In this document: positions 35,011-47,355 of the stretch, piece after piece
Position numbering within the stretch: position 1 is the first letter of the stretch
Layout of the letters: the number at the start of each line of letters is the position of its first letter
Source of the DNA: Podarcis muralis
Lineage: Eukaryota
Assembly (NCBI RefSeq): GCF_964188315.1
Contig: NC_135657.1
Span: forward strand, 76,446,001 to 76,510,000
Direction of reading: 5' to 3'
DNA length: 64,000 bases
Notes under the pieces: generated by a model
The model's input: only the letters and a program-made list of their open reading frames with translations
What the model was told of the DNA's origin: nothing
The model's database searches: none
Program-made: the position numbers and the translations under genes

Positions 35011-36742
35011 GAGAACTGGAGGGCTACAGGATCCCATTCCTAGGCTAGAGTGACTAAACGAAACCATACAGTACTCAGAGAGTATACTCATTGAAATCAG
35101 TGAAGTTAGCTACTTGTCTATTGACTTTAATGGGTCTACTCCCTCCAGGTATGACATAGCTGGATACACCCTTTTATTGTACCTCACCTTTCATAATTCA
35201 ATAAATTATAGGGAAATGTTTCACACCGCATCTATAGCTGTCTGTATACATTGACCACCTTAGGGTAAGGCTGGAGAGCATGTGGTCCTCCAACACACAC
35301 GTCATCGCTAGCCAACATGGTCAGTAGTCTTACAGTGGTCTTGCTCTTAGCTGCCTGCTCCTGCAGAAGTCCAATGAGTTTAGCAGAAAATATGCTTACA
35401 GTGCCATCTATAACTGGAGGATACTACATTCCACAGAAAGGTATGCTCAGGTCCCAGAAAACAGCAAATGCTATCAATAAAACATGAAGCAAAGTTAATT
35501 ACAGGCTTCCGTTCAGAGGCACTCTGCCGCTAGTGGCCCATTATAATGAATCATTTTTCAAACAGAGCAGAGATTGACTGAGATTTCATAAACTTTCCAT
35601 TCTCCATGTTTTCCCTGTGCAATAAATGCCTGCTGTACACTGGGAAAGTGATTAAGTATCAATTTCATGTAGAATCAGGAATAAATGTTTAAAAGACTAA
35701 TGAGACACTATTTTTACTGCTTCCAGTGCTGTGGCTAAGTCGTGTTGTGTTGGACAAATGCCTCTGTCATTAATTAGCCATTGACTGTCCTTTTTTTGTT
35801 TTTAACCTTCTAGGTTTCTAACTACATATGTGACATTAATCACATGGTTTGTCATTGAGTGCATGGTTTTTCTTTCAGAAAAAGCCAACAGAGGGGGACA
35901 TTGTGGATCTGGACTTTTTTGGGGGAAGGGGAGGGATAGGAGACTCCAGCCCTTTATCCCCCTACATAGGTTGCTGCCCACCTGCCATTTGCATGGGGAA
36001 AAGCTCAAATTTTCTTAAAATGCTAGTGAGTCCCCACCCCACCAGACTGGGACCATAATGAAGGGCAAAGTGCTCAAATCCTCCTACTCCATGCCAGACT
36101 CCCAATCTAGATGGGGCCTCCTGTCCTTACTGCATCTGGACTTCTGTGCTGAAGGACAAACCATGTGACTGATATCCCAAATAGTTTGACCCTAACTAGA
36201 ATCACCTGTAAACTGACTGTTCATTTGCAAGGTTATAGCTTTTGCCTATGGTACAAAGCTTGCATTTTCTTTGGACGTGACAATCAGCATTATCATTCTT
36301 TATAACGTGACTAGGGAACTGGATCCAGCAGGTTGGCTGGATCCAGAAGGGCTACTTGGATAGGTGGGTGGGCCTGTGCCCCTGTCAATCACCTGGCATC
36401 ATATAATCTCAGGTGACTGAAAATTCAGCTGGGGCCGCAAAGGAAGATCCTGGCTTGAGTTCAGATAGGGATAACAAGGAAGAGTCTGAGAACGTAAGCC
36501 TAATGAAGTTTATTAGGACATCAAGGTGACATATAAATAATGTTACAAACATGCAAACAAACCAATGCCATTAAAATTGACTTTTGTGGGGCTGTACAAA
36601 GATAATAATTTTATCAGTTGCTCTACTTATGTTTTGGCCTCTGGCCCTCCCCATTACTGGTATGTGGCCCCTGAGAGGATGCCGACAAAGGAATGCGCCC
36701 CCTGACCACAAAGGATTCCTCACCCCCAACTAGAGACTAGAC

Positions 36743-36878
36743 CGGCTTTTCTCAACCTTGGGTTCCCAGATGTTCTTGAACTACAACTCCCATCATCCCT
36801 GACCACTGGTCGTGCTGGCTAGGAATGATGGGAGTTGTAGTCCAACAACATCTAGGGACCCAAAGCTGAGAAAGGATG
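36743..36878. mobile_element. Palindromic hAT-type MITE
   Basis: ccagatgtt..gaactacaactcccatcat / atgatgggagttgtagtccaacaacatct. 8-bp TSD gactagac / tactagac. Confidence 0.85.
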
Positions 36879-38954
36879 TACTAGACTTTCCTGTGATTTG
36901 TAAGCTTACTGGTTGCTGGCATGGCAGAAAAATATAATCTCTTCTTAGCATTCTCTTCTCCCACCCTTCTGCTGACCAAGCTGCCTCTTAATTTGACCAA
37001 GGTCCTTAAAGGCACTGGCAGTTCATGTTTTACATGCAGTGATCAAAAGCATGAATAATAGGATGATTTAAATAAATACAGAGAGGGGTAAATTCTGGTA
37101 AACAGAGGGGGAAATATATGTTTTGTTCAAAGATGGATAGACAAGCCTCCCTCTCAGAAATGTATCCTCCTAGACAGTACAGCCTAGAATGGGAAGTAAG
37201 ATGTGTTAACTCTCTGAGGTGTAATAGCTACTCATTGACTGCTCACCTTTTGAGACATAAACCATTTATTAATTTTAAATAGGACCTCAGAATTTATATC
37301 TCCTCCTGACAGTGTATGACCTTCGCTGTTATCCATCATATTAAGTGGCATGAAATGCACATTTCTAAAGGAAAAGCAATCATCAACACACTAACAGCTC
37401 CCTGGGATGTGATACTTCACAAATAATCATGTTCAGTCCTATTTCATGAGGGATCATTACACATTTATACAAATGGCATGATGATGTGCACAGCTCAGAA
37501 CAAAAAGCGTCCAGTGTTGTACGCATGGCAATATGTGGATATGTGACAATAAATGCTCGGAAGAAACGGAGAGACACGATTGAGCCATATTTTTCTCTTT
37601 CATATAATAGCAAAGGGTTGCCATATTTCTTTAGGGATGCTGCTCTCGTGCTTTTAAACAGCAATCTAATGTACAGGGCAGGATTCACCTAAACATCCCC
37701 ACCAGCAGAAGCCCTGCGCAAGGACCTCTTGTGCAGAGAAGTTTTCCCAACTCTCTTACACACTGAAATTGTATATATGTGTCAGGAGAACCTGCAGAAG
37801 AGTGCTGGAGGATTGTTTTGTCTAGCAAGCTGAAATACTAGTGCAGATGGGACATTCGTAATAGCGCAACATTGAATTCCACCCACAGAAAGTTAGTGAG
37901 ACATTAGCAGCTTTCCCCATCACTTATTTCAATGCTGGGGGTGGGGGGGATCAGTTGCTAAATGTCTGTGTGTCAGATTGGGCTCCTGTTGAAGACATAT
38001 GAGCAAAGCTAGTAAAAAAAATTACAAGAAGTGGCAAAATCTAACAAAAGGTGTATTAGTCTAGGAAAAAGGAAAGGACATATCAATTTCTTAAACATTT
38101 GGTGAAATATACAGATATTGTTCTCTCCCCATTGGGGCATGAATTTTCCTGACACTTATCTCATACCTATTTTGTTTATTCCAAATCTGAAACAAAGCTA
38201 GGAAGAATTTAATGCAAATTCTCCTAACTTGCATTTTCTGGAGAAATTTTAAATGCACAATTCTATTAATTTGATTTCTGTTAATCTGATTCCCAGCGAT
38301 GGATGATGCAGGAATGCACATAGATTTTCTTATCAGTTGCCAAATGCGATACAGCTTTAAAATCCAACAAGTTATCTATTTCAGTCGTAAAAGCTCTAAC
38401 ATTTGCCAAATTGGTCCAGCTATTCTAGTTGGTAGATATTGTCATGTAAGTAACAGAGAGAATTACTAGAGTGTGACTTGAGACTTCATTCTGTGCCTAA
38501 TAGCAGGAGTAATAAAAACACACTAATACATAACATTTGTATAGTGGCTTCTGAGTTTCCAAAAGGCTTCTCATGCATTATCTCAGTAATCCTGCACAAT
38601 TGCCTTGTAAGGTCAGTATTATTACATCCATCATAGATTAGTGGCTGAGTTGATTATCGCTTGCCTCGGACAGAAACAATATCTGAACTAGGATGTGTGT
38701 TCAGATTTCTGCAACTTGGTGCAGACCATGTGCTGTTCATGTGCCCTCTGGATGTGCCCTTTCAGGGTGTCCCCCCCCCTCTAATTTTTCCACGTACTTG
38801 CAGTATTGCCAAAATAACAGCAAAGCCAAAACGGTTTTCTATTTGTATTGGAGGAGCTACTGTAATTGGTTTTGTTTTTACTGCATTTGGTTGATCTAAG
38901 AACAAAGTGCATGCAAGGGTGGGCTGTGCTATTGAATGTGCACATGTGTTCATA

Positions 38955-39293
38955 AAGGTAAAGGGACCCCTGACCATTAGGTCCAGTCATGACTGACTCT
39001 GGGGTTGCGGCGCTCATCTCGCTTTATTGGCCGAGGGAGCCGGTGTACAGCTTCCGAGTCATGTGGCCAGCATGACTAAGCCGCTTCTGGTGAACCAGAG
39101 CAGCGCACGGAAACGCCATTTACCTTCCTGCCGGAGCGGTACCTATTTATCTACTTGCACTTTGACATGCTTTCAAACTGCTAGGTTGGCAGGAGCAATG
39201 GGAGCTCACCCCGTTGCGGGGATTCAAACTGCCAACCTTCTGATCGGCAAGTCCTAGGCTCTGTGGTTTAACCCACAGTGCCACCTGCGTCCC
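38955..39293 (-). mobile_element. Sauria-type SINE
   Basis: Full body. TSD atgtgttcata (38944-38954, 39298-39308). Confidence 0.95.
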
Positions 39294-40909
39294 TTATATG
39301 TGTTCATAGATAACTGCTAATCAGATCACAGTCAGCACTGGTCCAGCATTGCCAAGCAACCTGTTTGTAAGTGGGGACTAGGTCCATTTAACTGTGGAGG
39401 TTTGCTTCTGATCCAGAACTCCCATTGTTAGATGTGGAACTCACTCAGAGAACCATGTATATGGGTCCCATGTTGGCATGTGGTTTCTGATACAGCAAAC
39501 TATATTCCATCTCAGATTTTATACTATCAAATGACAGAGATGCTCTGAGTCATATTGCATTATACACTCAATCAACCATACCCTTTATTTTTGTAAGTAT
39601 GGATTTTTTGGTGGTACTATATTTAAATGGAACTCATCAGTGCAATCCTATATGTTTCTGCTCAGAAGTAACTGCTATTGGATTCAATAGCAGTTGATCC
39701 TAGGTAAGTGTGTATAGAATTTCAGCCTAAATATTATATTTTAGTGGAACTTAATGGATTGTGCTCTGTGGTTCAAAGAAGTCCATTTTGCACAGGCATA
39801 TTTTCTACTTTGTTGTTGTTGCTACTTTGCTTGTCATTTAAAGAACTTTTTAAATGTGCAAAACTGAAAAATATCAACATGCTCTTCACAGGCACTTGCA
39901 TCCCACTGATACATCAAATGTCTTTAATTGTGTCCTGGCATTTTTAGATTATGTCAGGAAAGCTTTGACAACTTAATGACAATGGTGAAGCCAGCAGGGG
40001 GAACTTGAGTCAATTTTGTAGGATAAATGAAGCCTATGTAAAACGAAATGTTCATGAACTTTCAAAGCACCAGTTGGATTTCTTTCTCTCATTGTAAAGG
40101 TCTTTAGAAAAGCAAGACACTACCAACTACCAGCTCATTCCTTACTAGCCCAAGGTCAGGTCTTTTGCTATATGAGCCATAGGTACAGGGTGGTTATTTA
40201 AAAAGTGAATGCAGAAGAACGTCAAGCTCATGGCAAACTATTTGTCTGTATCTGTGGCTACTTCTCTAGTTGGAGTACTATGGAATAAACAATGGTTTTT
40301 AAAGAAACAATTATCTAAGAAAGGGCATGCATTTCAATAACATACGAGGAAAAAGAAAGTCAATACTACTTAATCAAAATTAAACATACACACAAAACAA
40401 AATTGGGCTGTTATGTTCCCAGTTCCTAAAAATAATAATTATTAATGGGTGTGGGGGGATAGTAGCATTTTTTAAAACATATGTTTATGCACTACATATG
40501 AAATTGCCTTAAATCAAACCATACTCTCCAACATTTTGCAAAAGAAACAGGGACACTTAAGTAGGGTTGCCAAATGACTTGGCTTGTCAGGCTTTGCCTG
40601 GATACTAGTGCCCTTTTGGACCATTATGTGGCCTGTGCTGGCTAGAGCTTATGAAAATTATAGTATAAAACATCTGGAGGGTGCAGGGTTTAGAAGGACA
40701 ATTCAGTTTTCTGAAGACAGCATGCACTAATTCCTGTCAAAAACATATTTTTCTTCCCCCAGGAGCTGAAATGAGAATGTAAATAAAACCGCATACCCTA
40801 ACACCACCACACTCTCCACTGGCCTTCATTCTAAGGAAACCAAACCTGGGTAAGTGATGGAACCTCTGGAGTCACACACTTTTTGGAGACTGTGGTGGTG
40901 TGTAATAAT

Positions 40910-41289
40910 AGGATGTGGGTGGTGCTGTGGTCTAAACTACTGAGCCTCTTGGGCTTGCTGATTGGAAGATCGGCGGTTCGAATCCCCACGATAGGGTGAG
41001 CTCCAGTTGCTCTGTCCCAGCTCCTGCCAACCTAGCAGTTTGAAAGCATGCCAGCACAAGTAGATAAATAGGTACCCCTGTGGCAGGAAGGTAAATGCCA
41101 TTTCTCTGCACTCTGGTTTCCATCACATTGTCCCGTTGTGCCAGAAGCAGTTTAGTCAAGCTGGCCACATGACCCGGAAAGCTGTCTGTGGATAAACACC
41201 AGCTCTCTCACCCTGAAAGAGCTATAAGTGCCACAACCCATAGTCACCTTTGACTGGACTTAACTGTGGAGGGGTCCTTTACCTTTACC
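40910..41289 (+). mobile_element. Sauria-type SINE, more diverged subfamily
   Basis: ggatgtgggtggtgctgtggtctaaac...ggttcgaatcccc...ggggtcctttacctttac. Short TSD taatag. Confidence 0.9.
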
Positions 41290-42422
41290 TTAATAGGTAT
41301 GTGAAAACAGGACTCCACCTGTCCATCCCAGCATCGGATGGCCAAAGCAGGCTGGAGGAAAGAAGAGACTCATTTAGCAAATCAATTAACACAAGCATCA
41401 AACTATTATGAAACCTATATTTCTTTTGCCTCTGTGATTGAAACACTACCCACCTGCTCCTGTTTCTACTTCTCTGTTGGATTGGCATGACTGTAGCTGT
41501 GATAGCATCTAATAATGATGAAGTTTTAAAATATAAATCAGAAAAGGGAGTTCTGGCATGTGACTGTTGATGTGACATTGTAGTCATGTGTCCTTTTGTC
41601 TGGAGAAGATTTGCTGTTGTGATAAGGAGTTAGCCTCTCTTCAGGGCACAAGTCATTTTAATCAGGGTAGAAGAATTTTTTTAATATACATTCTTTTCAG
41701 TCTTTTAAGCATATGATTAGAAAGCAGGTATGTGTATGTTTATCCCTCTTGGATGAAAGAGGAGAAGTGCTCCTTGAAGAGATTTTAACAAACCATCCTT
41801 TTTGACATTTTTATAGCCCTTGAGGAACTTTCTTGTCCCCCTTGTGATGCATCTTTATATCTCTCCCGTAAAAAACATAGGAAGCCAATGCCCTGGGATA
41901 CTTTTTATGCTTCTAGCAGTTCTAGCTTTTCATCTACTTTCTCTGGTGGTTTTATGCATAAATAAACAAACATCAAGGAAAAAGGTAATGAAAGAATAGA
42001 ATGTCGGAAATGCAATACAAACCAAATGACTGGTTTCCACCCCTCGGCTAGATAGAGCTACATTTTAGTTGTTCATGTACAGAATAGTTTTTTTTAAAAA
42101 GTGCATCTGATTTTAAACATAAAAGAAGCACTGTGCTGAGACATATTTCAAGCCCCTAAAGGCTATACTACCTATCAGCCACAGCCCTGTCCCTGGCAGC
42201 CGCCCTACAGCTGAACAGAAACACATATAAGGACAAGGCAAGAAGCTTACATCCGCCATCTTATTTAGTCTCATAGACTAGCAAGGGTAGCCAAAGTGGT
42301 GCTTTCCAGATGTTCAGTACAACTCCCATCATCCTTGGCCATGCTGGCCGAGGATGATGAGTTATACTCCCAAACATATGGATGATACCATGTGAGCTAC
42401 CCTTTCTCTATAGTATACTGTA

Positions 42423-42682
42423 CAGTGGTACCTTGGGTTACAGATGCTTCAGGTTATGTGTTTTCAGGTTGCGCACCGCACCGAACCAGGAAGTACCGGA
42501 ACTGGTTACTTCTGGGTTTTGGCTCTCGTGCATGCACAGAAACACTAAATTGCGCTTTGCACATGTGCAGAAGCACGAATCATGACCCACTCATGCGCAG
42601 ACGTGGCGCTGCAGGTTGTGAACGCTACGGGTTGCAAACGTGCCTCCCGCATGGATCATGTTCGCAACCCGAGGTTCCACTG
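42423..42682. mobile_element. Tc1/mariner (Tigger-like) MITE
   Basis: TIR cagtggtaccttgggtt / aacccgaggttccactg with TA flanks. Confidence 0.9.
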
Positions 42683-42699
42683 TACATCGTTATATAGAA

Positions 42700-42865
42700 A
42701 CATAACAAGTTGCCTTATGCTGAGTCACACCCTAAGTCCATCTAGTTCAATACTGCCCAGATTGACTGGCAGTTTCAGACAATGGGCCTTTCCCAGCCAT
42801 ACTTGGAGATTGAACAAAACACTTTTTGCATGAAAGGCAGATGTTCTACTATTGAGTCATGGCCT
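42700..42865 (-). mobile_element. Old tRNA-derived SINE
   Basis: gttgccttatgctgagtcac..gtccatctagttcaat..ttcccagccatacttggag..ttttgcatgaaaggcagatgttctacta. Same family as 5703-6130. Confidence 0.65.
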
Positions 42866-45069
42866 TTCCCCCTTATTACATGCAAACCACCAATTTTATC
42901 AGTATTGACACCTGTGACTTTGACTACCTTTTTTTTTTTTTAAAGCAAACCAATATTTGGGTGGGCTTATGAGGCACATACTAGCCTACTTCTGGCTTTC
43001 TGAATAGGACAGTTTTGTACTTTAAGATCAGGACTATGCAACTGTCTTGTGTTCCAGCACTTTATTGAGTTTGAATGATTTTTTTTTAAAAAAAATGCTG
43101 ATCTGGTATGAGAACTATGTTGTATTTAAAACTTAATTTATATTGCAAGCGAGCACAATTTTGCACAATATGCATTTTGTTGCTAAAATCAACGAAGATT
43201 TAATGCCATCCCCCTTATTATAACCTGCCTCCCCTAAACACGCACACACTTCTGTCTTAGCTCTCTTCCTATTTAGCATTGCTTTTGCTCACACTGCAAG
43301 ATGTCAACATTATATATCAATTTCACAAATGTAAATTTGGCCAATGAATAAAGACCATATCATGTGCTCAGGAGCACCAGCACCAGTTCTCACCGTACGT
43401 CAGCCATTACTATTCATATGTAATAGTATATTCAATATACAATAGCATATTGCATATTCAGAAAAGCTGTTCCTGAACTACATCTTATGATGTGGCACTC
43501 CATATATGGAAGAGATCCAGAGATCAGAATCCAACCTCGGTAAAGTATGGTCACTTCCTCTATTAATCTCAGAAGTGTTCGATTCTACTAAATTTGTATT
43601 TTCATTCCCACAAAACAGAAATAACTTCCACAAGTGAGTTTTTGACCCTGATCCTCCATCTTCAAGGAGGCCTTTTGAGGCTGCAGCCCTCTGTAGTGGC
43701 AAACTGGACTAAATAAATCAAATAAAGATTCAGCACATAGCCATTAAGTCAGCCCACTGAGTTGTGCACTGTCCTGAAAGTTGCTGAGCAGCAGAAGGTA
43801 AAGTAATCGCTCAGTAATGTCAAGATGAATAAAATAAAAGGCTATCTCATGTTGCAATTGATTTCAATCTGCTGAAATATGCACTATGCATTTTGATTAG
43901 CCTCGCAATGCAAGATGCTGTGCTGTGTGCAAGGGGAGCTCCTTTATTTTGTTATTGTTCTTCTTCTTCTAGAAGACCATCATTCATCACACCATTTTCT
44001 AATCTACATTTTATTTCTTTTGATGGGATCAATGTACACAATAAAGGGTGTTACCTTGCATTCCTGCATGTTGATTGGACTTGGCAATGGTGAGCCACAT
44101 ATATATAGCCCAGCAGCATGGTAGGTTAAGAAAACGTTTGCTAATGCCATCTATTACATTATTCATTGACCTCCCCCCCATTCCTTGACCACTCTACCTT
44201 AGAAATGATGAGTGCATATTTCAAGATGTCATTCCAACCCATTCTGTTTGTTTTACAGGACTGTCTGAGACATAAAAATGAAAGATGGTGCCCAATGAAG
44301 AAATAAACAACTGCACAGTTAATGCCCAAGATGGAAAGCCAATGGTTCCTGATGCATGATTTCATTGGTGTGAAATAACTTTGAAGGGAAAATAAATAAT
44401 AATTATTAGTCATTTATGGGGCCAGACGGACAATTTAGTTTTGTGTGCAAGCAGAATACATATTAGCTGGTTGTGTGCAAAGCTTGATGTTCTTTTTAAA
44501 AAATTATTCAGAGTTGTTTGATGTTTGAAGCACATCATCATGACTGAACAATGTGAGAAATGTATTGTCATAAGTTTTGGGTGTCAGGTGCAAGGCACCT
44601 ATAATTTCTGGATTTAGTAATTGTTAGAAATTAACTGAAGTTTGAGAAGTTGATCTGCAAACACTAAACTTCTAGATCTAGCAGGGATTCAAGCTGGAAA
44701 TAGCAGAGGCCAGATTCCTCATGAGGCAACCACTTAATAAAAGGTGAGGCATCAGGACCTTCTGTGCCAGAACGTCCTGATGGGAGGTGGAGCCCCTTCT
44801 CCAGCTGTGTGTTAGTAGGAAGAGCCAAAACGGGTTTAGGAGTTCAGTTTGGATGATGTTGGTGAGAGGGAAATAGTTTTCACTGGGTTAGCAGTGACAA
44901 TGAGGAAGGAGGTGGGCAAAGAGCACTGTGTGGGCTGAGTGTGGCAGGTTGTAACAAAGAGTCAGAGAGCATGGGTGATTTCTCTGTTCTTAGACCCAAG
45001 CTTGTAGGAGAATCAAGGGACCCTCTTGGAGTGTAATGTGTGAAACCTCTCCATCTCATGTTGTATATA

Positions 45070-45370
45070 AAGGCAAAGCTAAAGGTACCCCTGACAGTCA
45101 AGTCTAGTCATGAACAACTCTGGGACTGCGGCACTCATCTCACTTTACTGCCCAAGGGAGCCGGCGTTTGTCCACTTCCACGCCGTTTACATTCCCACCG
45201 AAGCGATACCTATTTATCTACTTGCACTGCGTGCTTTCGAACTGCTAGGTTGGAAGGAGCAGGGACTGAACAACGGGAGCTCACCCTGTTGCAGGGCCTC
45301 AAACCGCCGACCTTCCGATTGGCAAGTCCAAGCGGCGCAATGGTTTAAACCACAGCGCCACCTGCGTCCC
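45070..45370 (-). mobile_element. Sauria-type SINE with internal deletion
   Basis: Body shorter than the other copies. TSD catgttgtatata (45057-45069, 45373-45385). Confidence 0.93.
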
Positions 45371-46943
45371 ACCATGTTGTATATAGGCATAAATAAATTC
45401 TATATCATGAAGAAACCATAGTCTCCACTGTGTCTCAGGAAACACAGACCCTGGGTAAAGCATGCCTTCAGCCCCTGGAATCTCACACCACTCACTGGAG
45501 ATTCGGGTGGCATGTAGCAGTATTATTGCATATGACAGTAATGGTAAGAGAAGCGGGAGATGAGAAAAGAGGCTACTTGTCATGGCGGCAGCCACACCAC
45601 CCTGCAACTCAGCTTGTGGCTGGGGATATCCCATGCTGGGCCATGAGCTGCAGTCGAAAACATTTGAAGGGAAAGTTGTACTAAATGATTCAGAATGGTG
45701 AAAACTCAGAAGGACCATGAAGAGCTCTAAACTCTCTCTTGTTAAATGGTGTGACCGGGCAGCCAAATTGCAAACATATTTGGTGTAGGTATAAATTAGT
45801 GGTTTGAGCTGGTAAGTGGAGAGATGTGGTGTGACAGGACCCACTCCAGTGACTACAGTCGCACCTTTTCCCATTTCCCATTTTTGGGGATCTTTCACAC
45901 ACAAAAGAGAGCACAGCTTATAAGATAAGCATTGTCCCATGAGCTGGTGCTTTGAAAACTTACACAATTTTACGGAGGACCTTCTGCTTTGAGGTCAGAG
46001 ACTCCCTGCCCATGGGCTAAGGTGACTGCCAGCATAAACAAGGCCTCGTGTGATCTTTATTTAAACAATAACGACAAGCCAACGAATAAGAAAGAGAGAA
46101 CTGAAGCAAGAAAATGAAAAATAAACACAGCTAAAGCTTAACAGGAAATAGTACCACACAGGGAGAGCTGTGTAATGTGCTTTTTATCCATATAACATAA
46201 ATAAGTTCAGAGACAAATCGCAAGGGGCTTTCATTTTATTTGCAAAATATTCCCCTGGAAATGTGTTGAGCACATGAACCTACTACTATCATGAGTGATG
46301 CCTGCAAAGTACATTTGCTTTTCTTAAAATAGATAAGGAAGGCAAAGTTTTACAGAAAGTGCTTTAAAAATACATGTGTGTGTGTAGGCTAATAATGACT
46401 TATAAATCTAGAGGGAGTAAGCATCAACAGTGATGGAGAGCTGTAGGGAAATCACACTTCTTCATAATGGAGATTATTTAGTAAGTTACTGAAGGCAATT
46501 GGTCAGAGGCGCTCAATGCAAGAGCGAAGAGTTGGCTTCTTTTGCAATCTCCTGTTGTTTCTGTGCACTTTTGAACACTCACTTTGACGAAACGACATTG
46601 TTTTCATCCTACATTTGGCACGGAGTAAAATGCTAAGATTAATCACTGCAGGCTGCTTTTGACTTTGGTGAAGATGAAGCTACTTCCATTGTGGCTTTAA
46701 TAGATGTAATTGTCTTGTCTTTGAATAGAACAGCAAGTTCAAGTTTGATTATTTGACAGACATAGCTTTTGCTGCATATAGATGTATTATTAATATCCTA
46801 TTAACTCTCACTGGATACAACAAATATCTAGGCCTCATTGTCCTCGGCAATGCGCAGCGCACAAAGAGACACTTTCTTGTCATGAGGAGAATACAAATCA
46901 AGAGCTCAGTCAAAAGGTAGATATATACAAGTTGGCTTACACG

Positions 46944-47355
46944 TAGAGATGGGGAGAATTTGTTTTGTTTGCATTAAATGAAAAACTTCTATCTGAAATG
47001 ATACAATGTGAAATGAAACACAGGCGTCCTTTGAAATTTGCATTTCCCTAAATTTTGCCATGCTGCTCTCCAAACAATGTGAACAAAATGCATATATTAA
47101 GGGAAAGTGCACAAACATGCATGTATTATGAAAATAAATACAAAATGCACTATATTAGGGGAAATTGCTTGCAAAAATGTGTACATTAATCAAAATTACA
47201 TGCAAAATGTATCTTTCATGAAAAATTTGCATTAAAATGGTTACGGATTTTCATGAAGGTTCTTCTTTTTTAAAAGGAAAAAAAGAAAGAAAACTGCTGT
47301 AAAAATATAGAGAGCTGAATTTAAGATTAGAAAAATGAGAAGCTGAAAGAAACCA
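46944..47355. mobile_element. AT-rich non-autonomous DNA-transposon-like repeat
   Basis: Starts tagagatggggaga, with repeated aaatgca..atattagggga motifs. Family unresolved. Confidence 0.4.

Noticed and set aside
43461-43540. Possible exon KAVPELHLMMWHSIYGRDPEIRIQPR
   Set aside because: Weak polypyrimidine tract, modest donor and an unrecognised peptide.
44258-44305. Strong acceptor (ttctgtttgttttacag) then DCLRHKNERWCPMKK*
   Set aside because: All frames close quickly and there are no partner exons.
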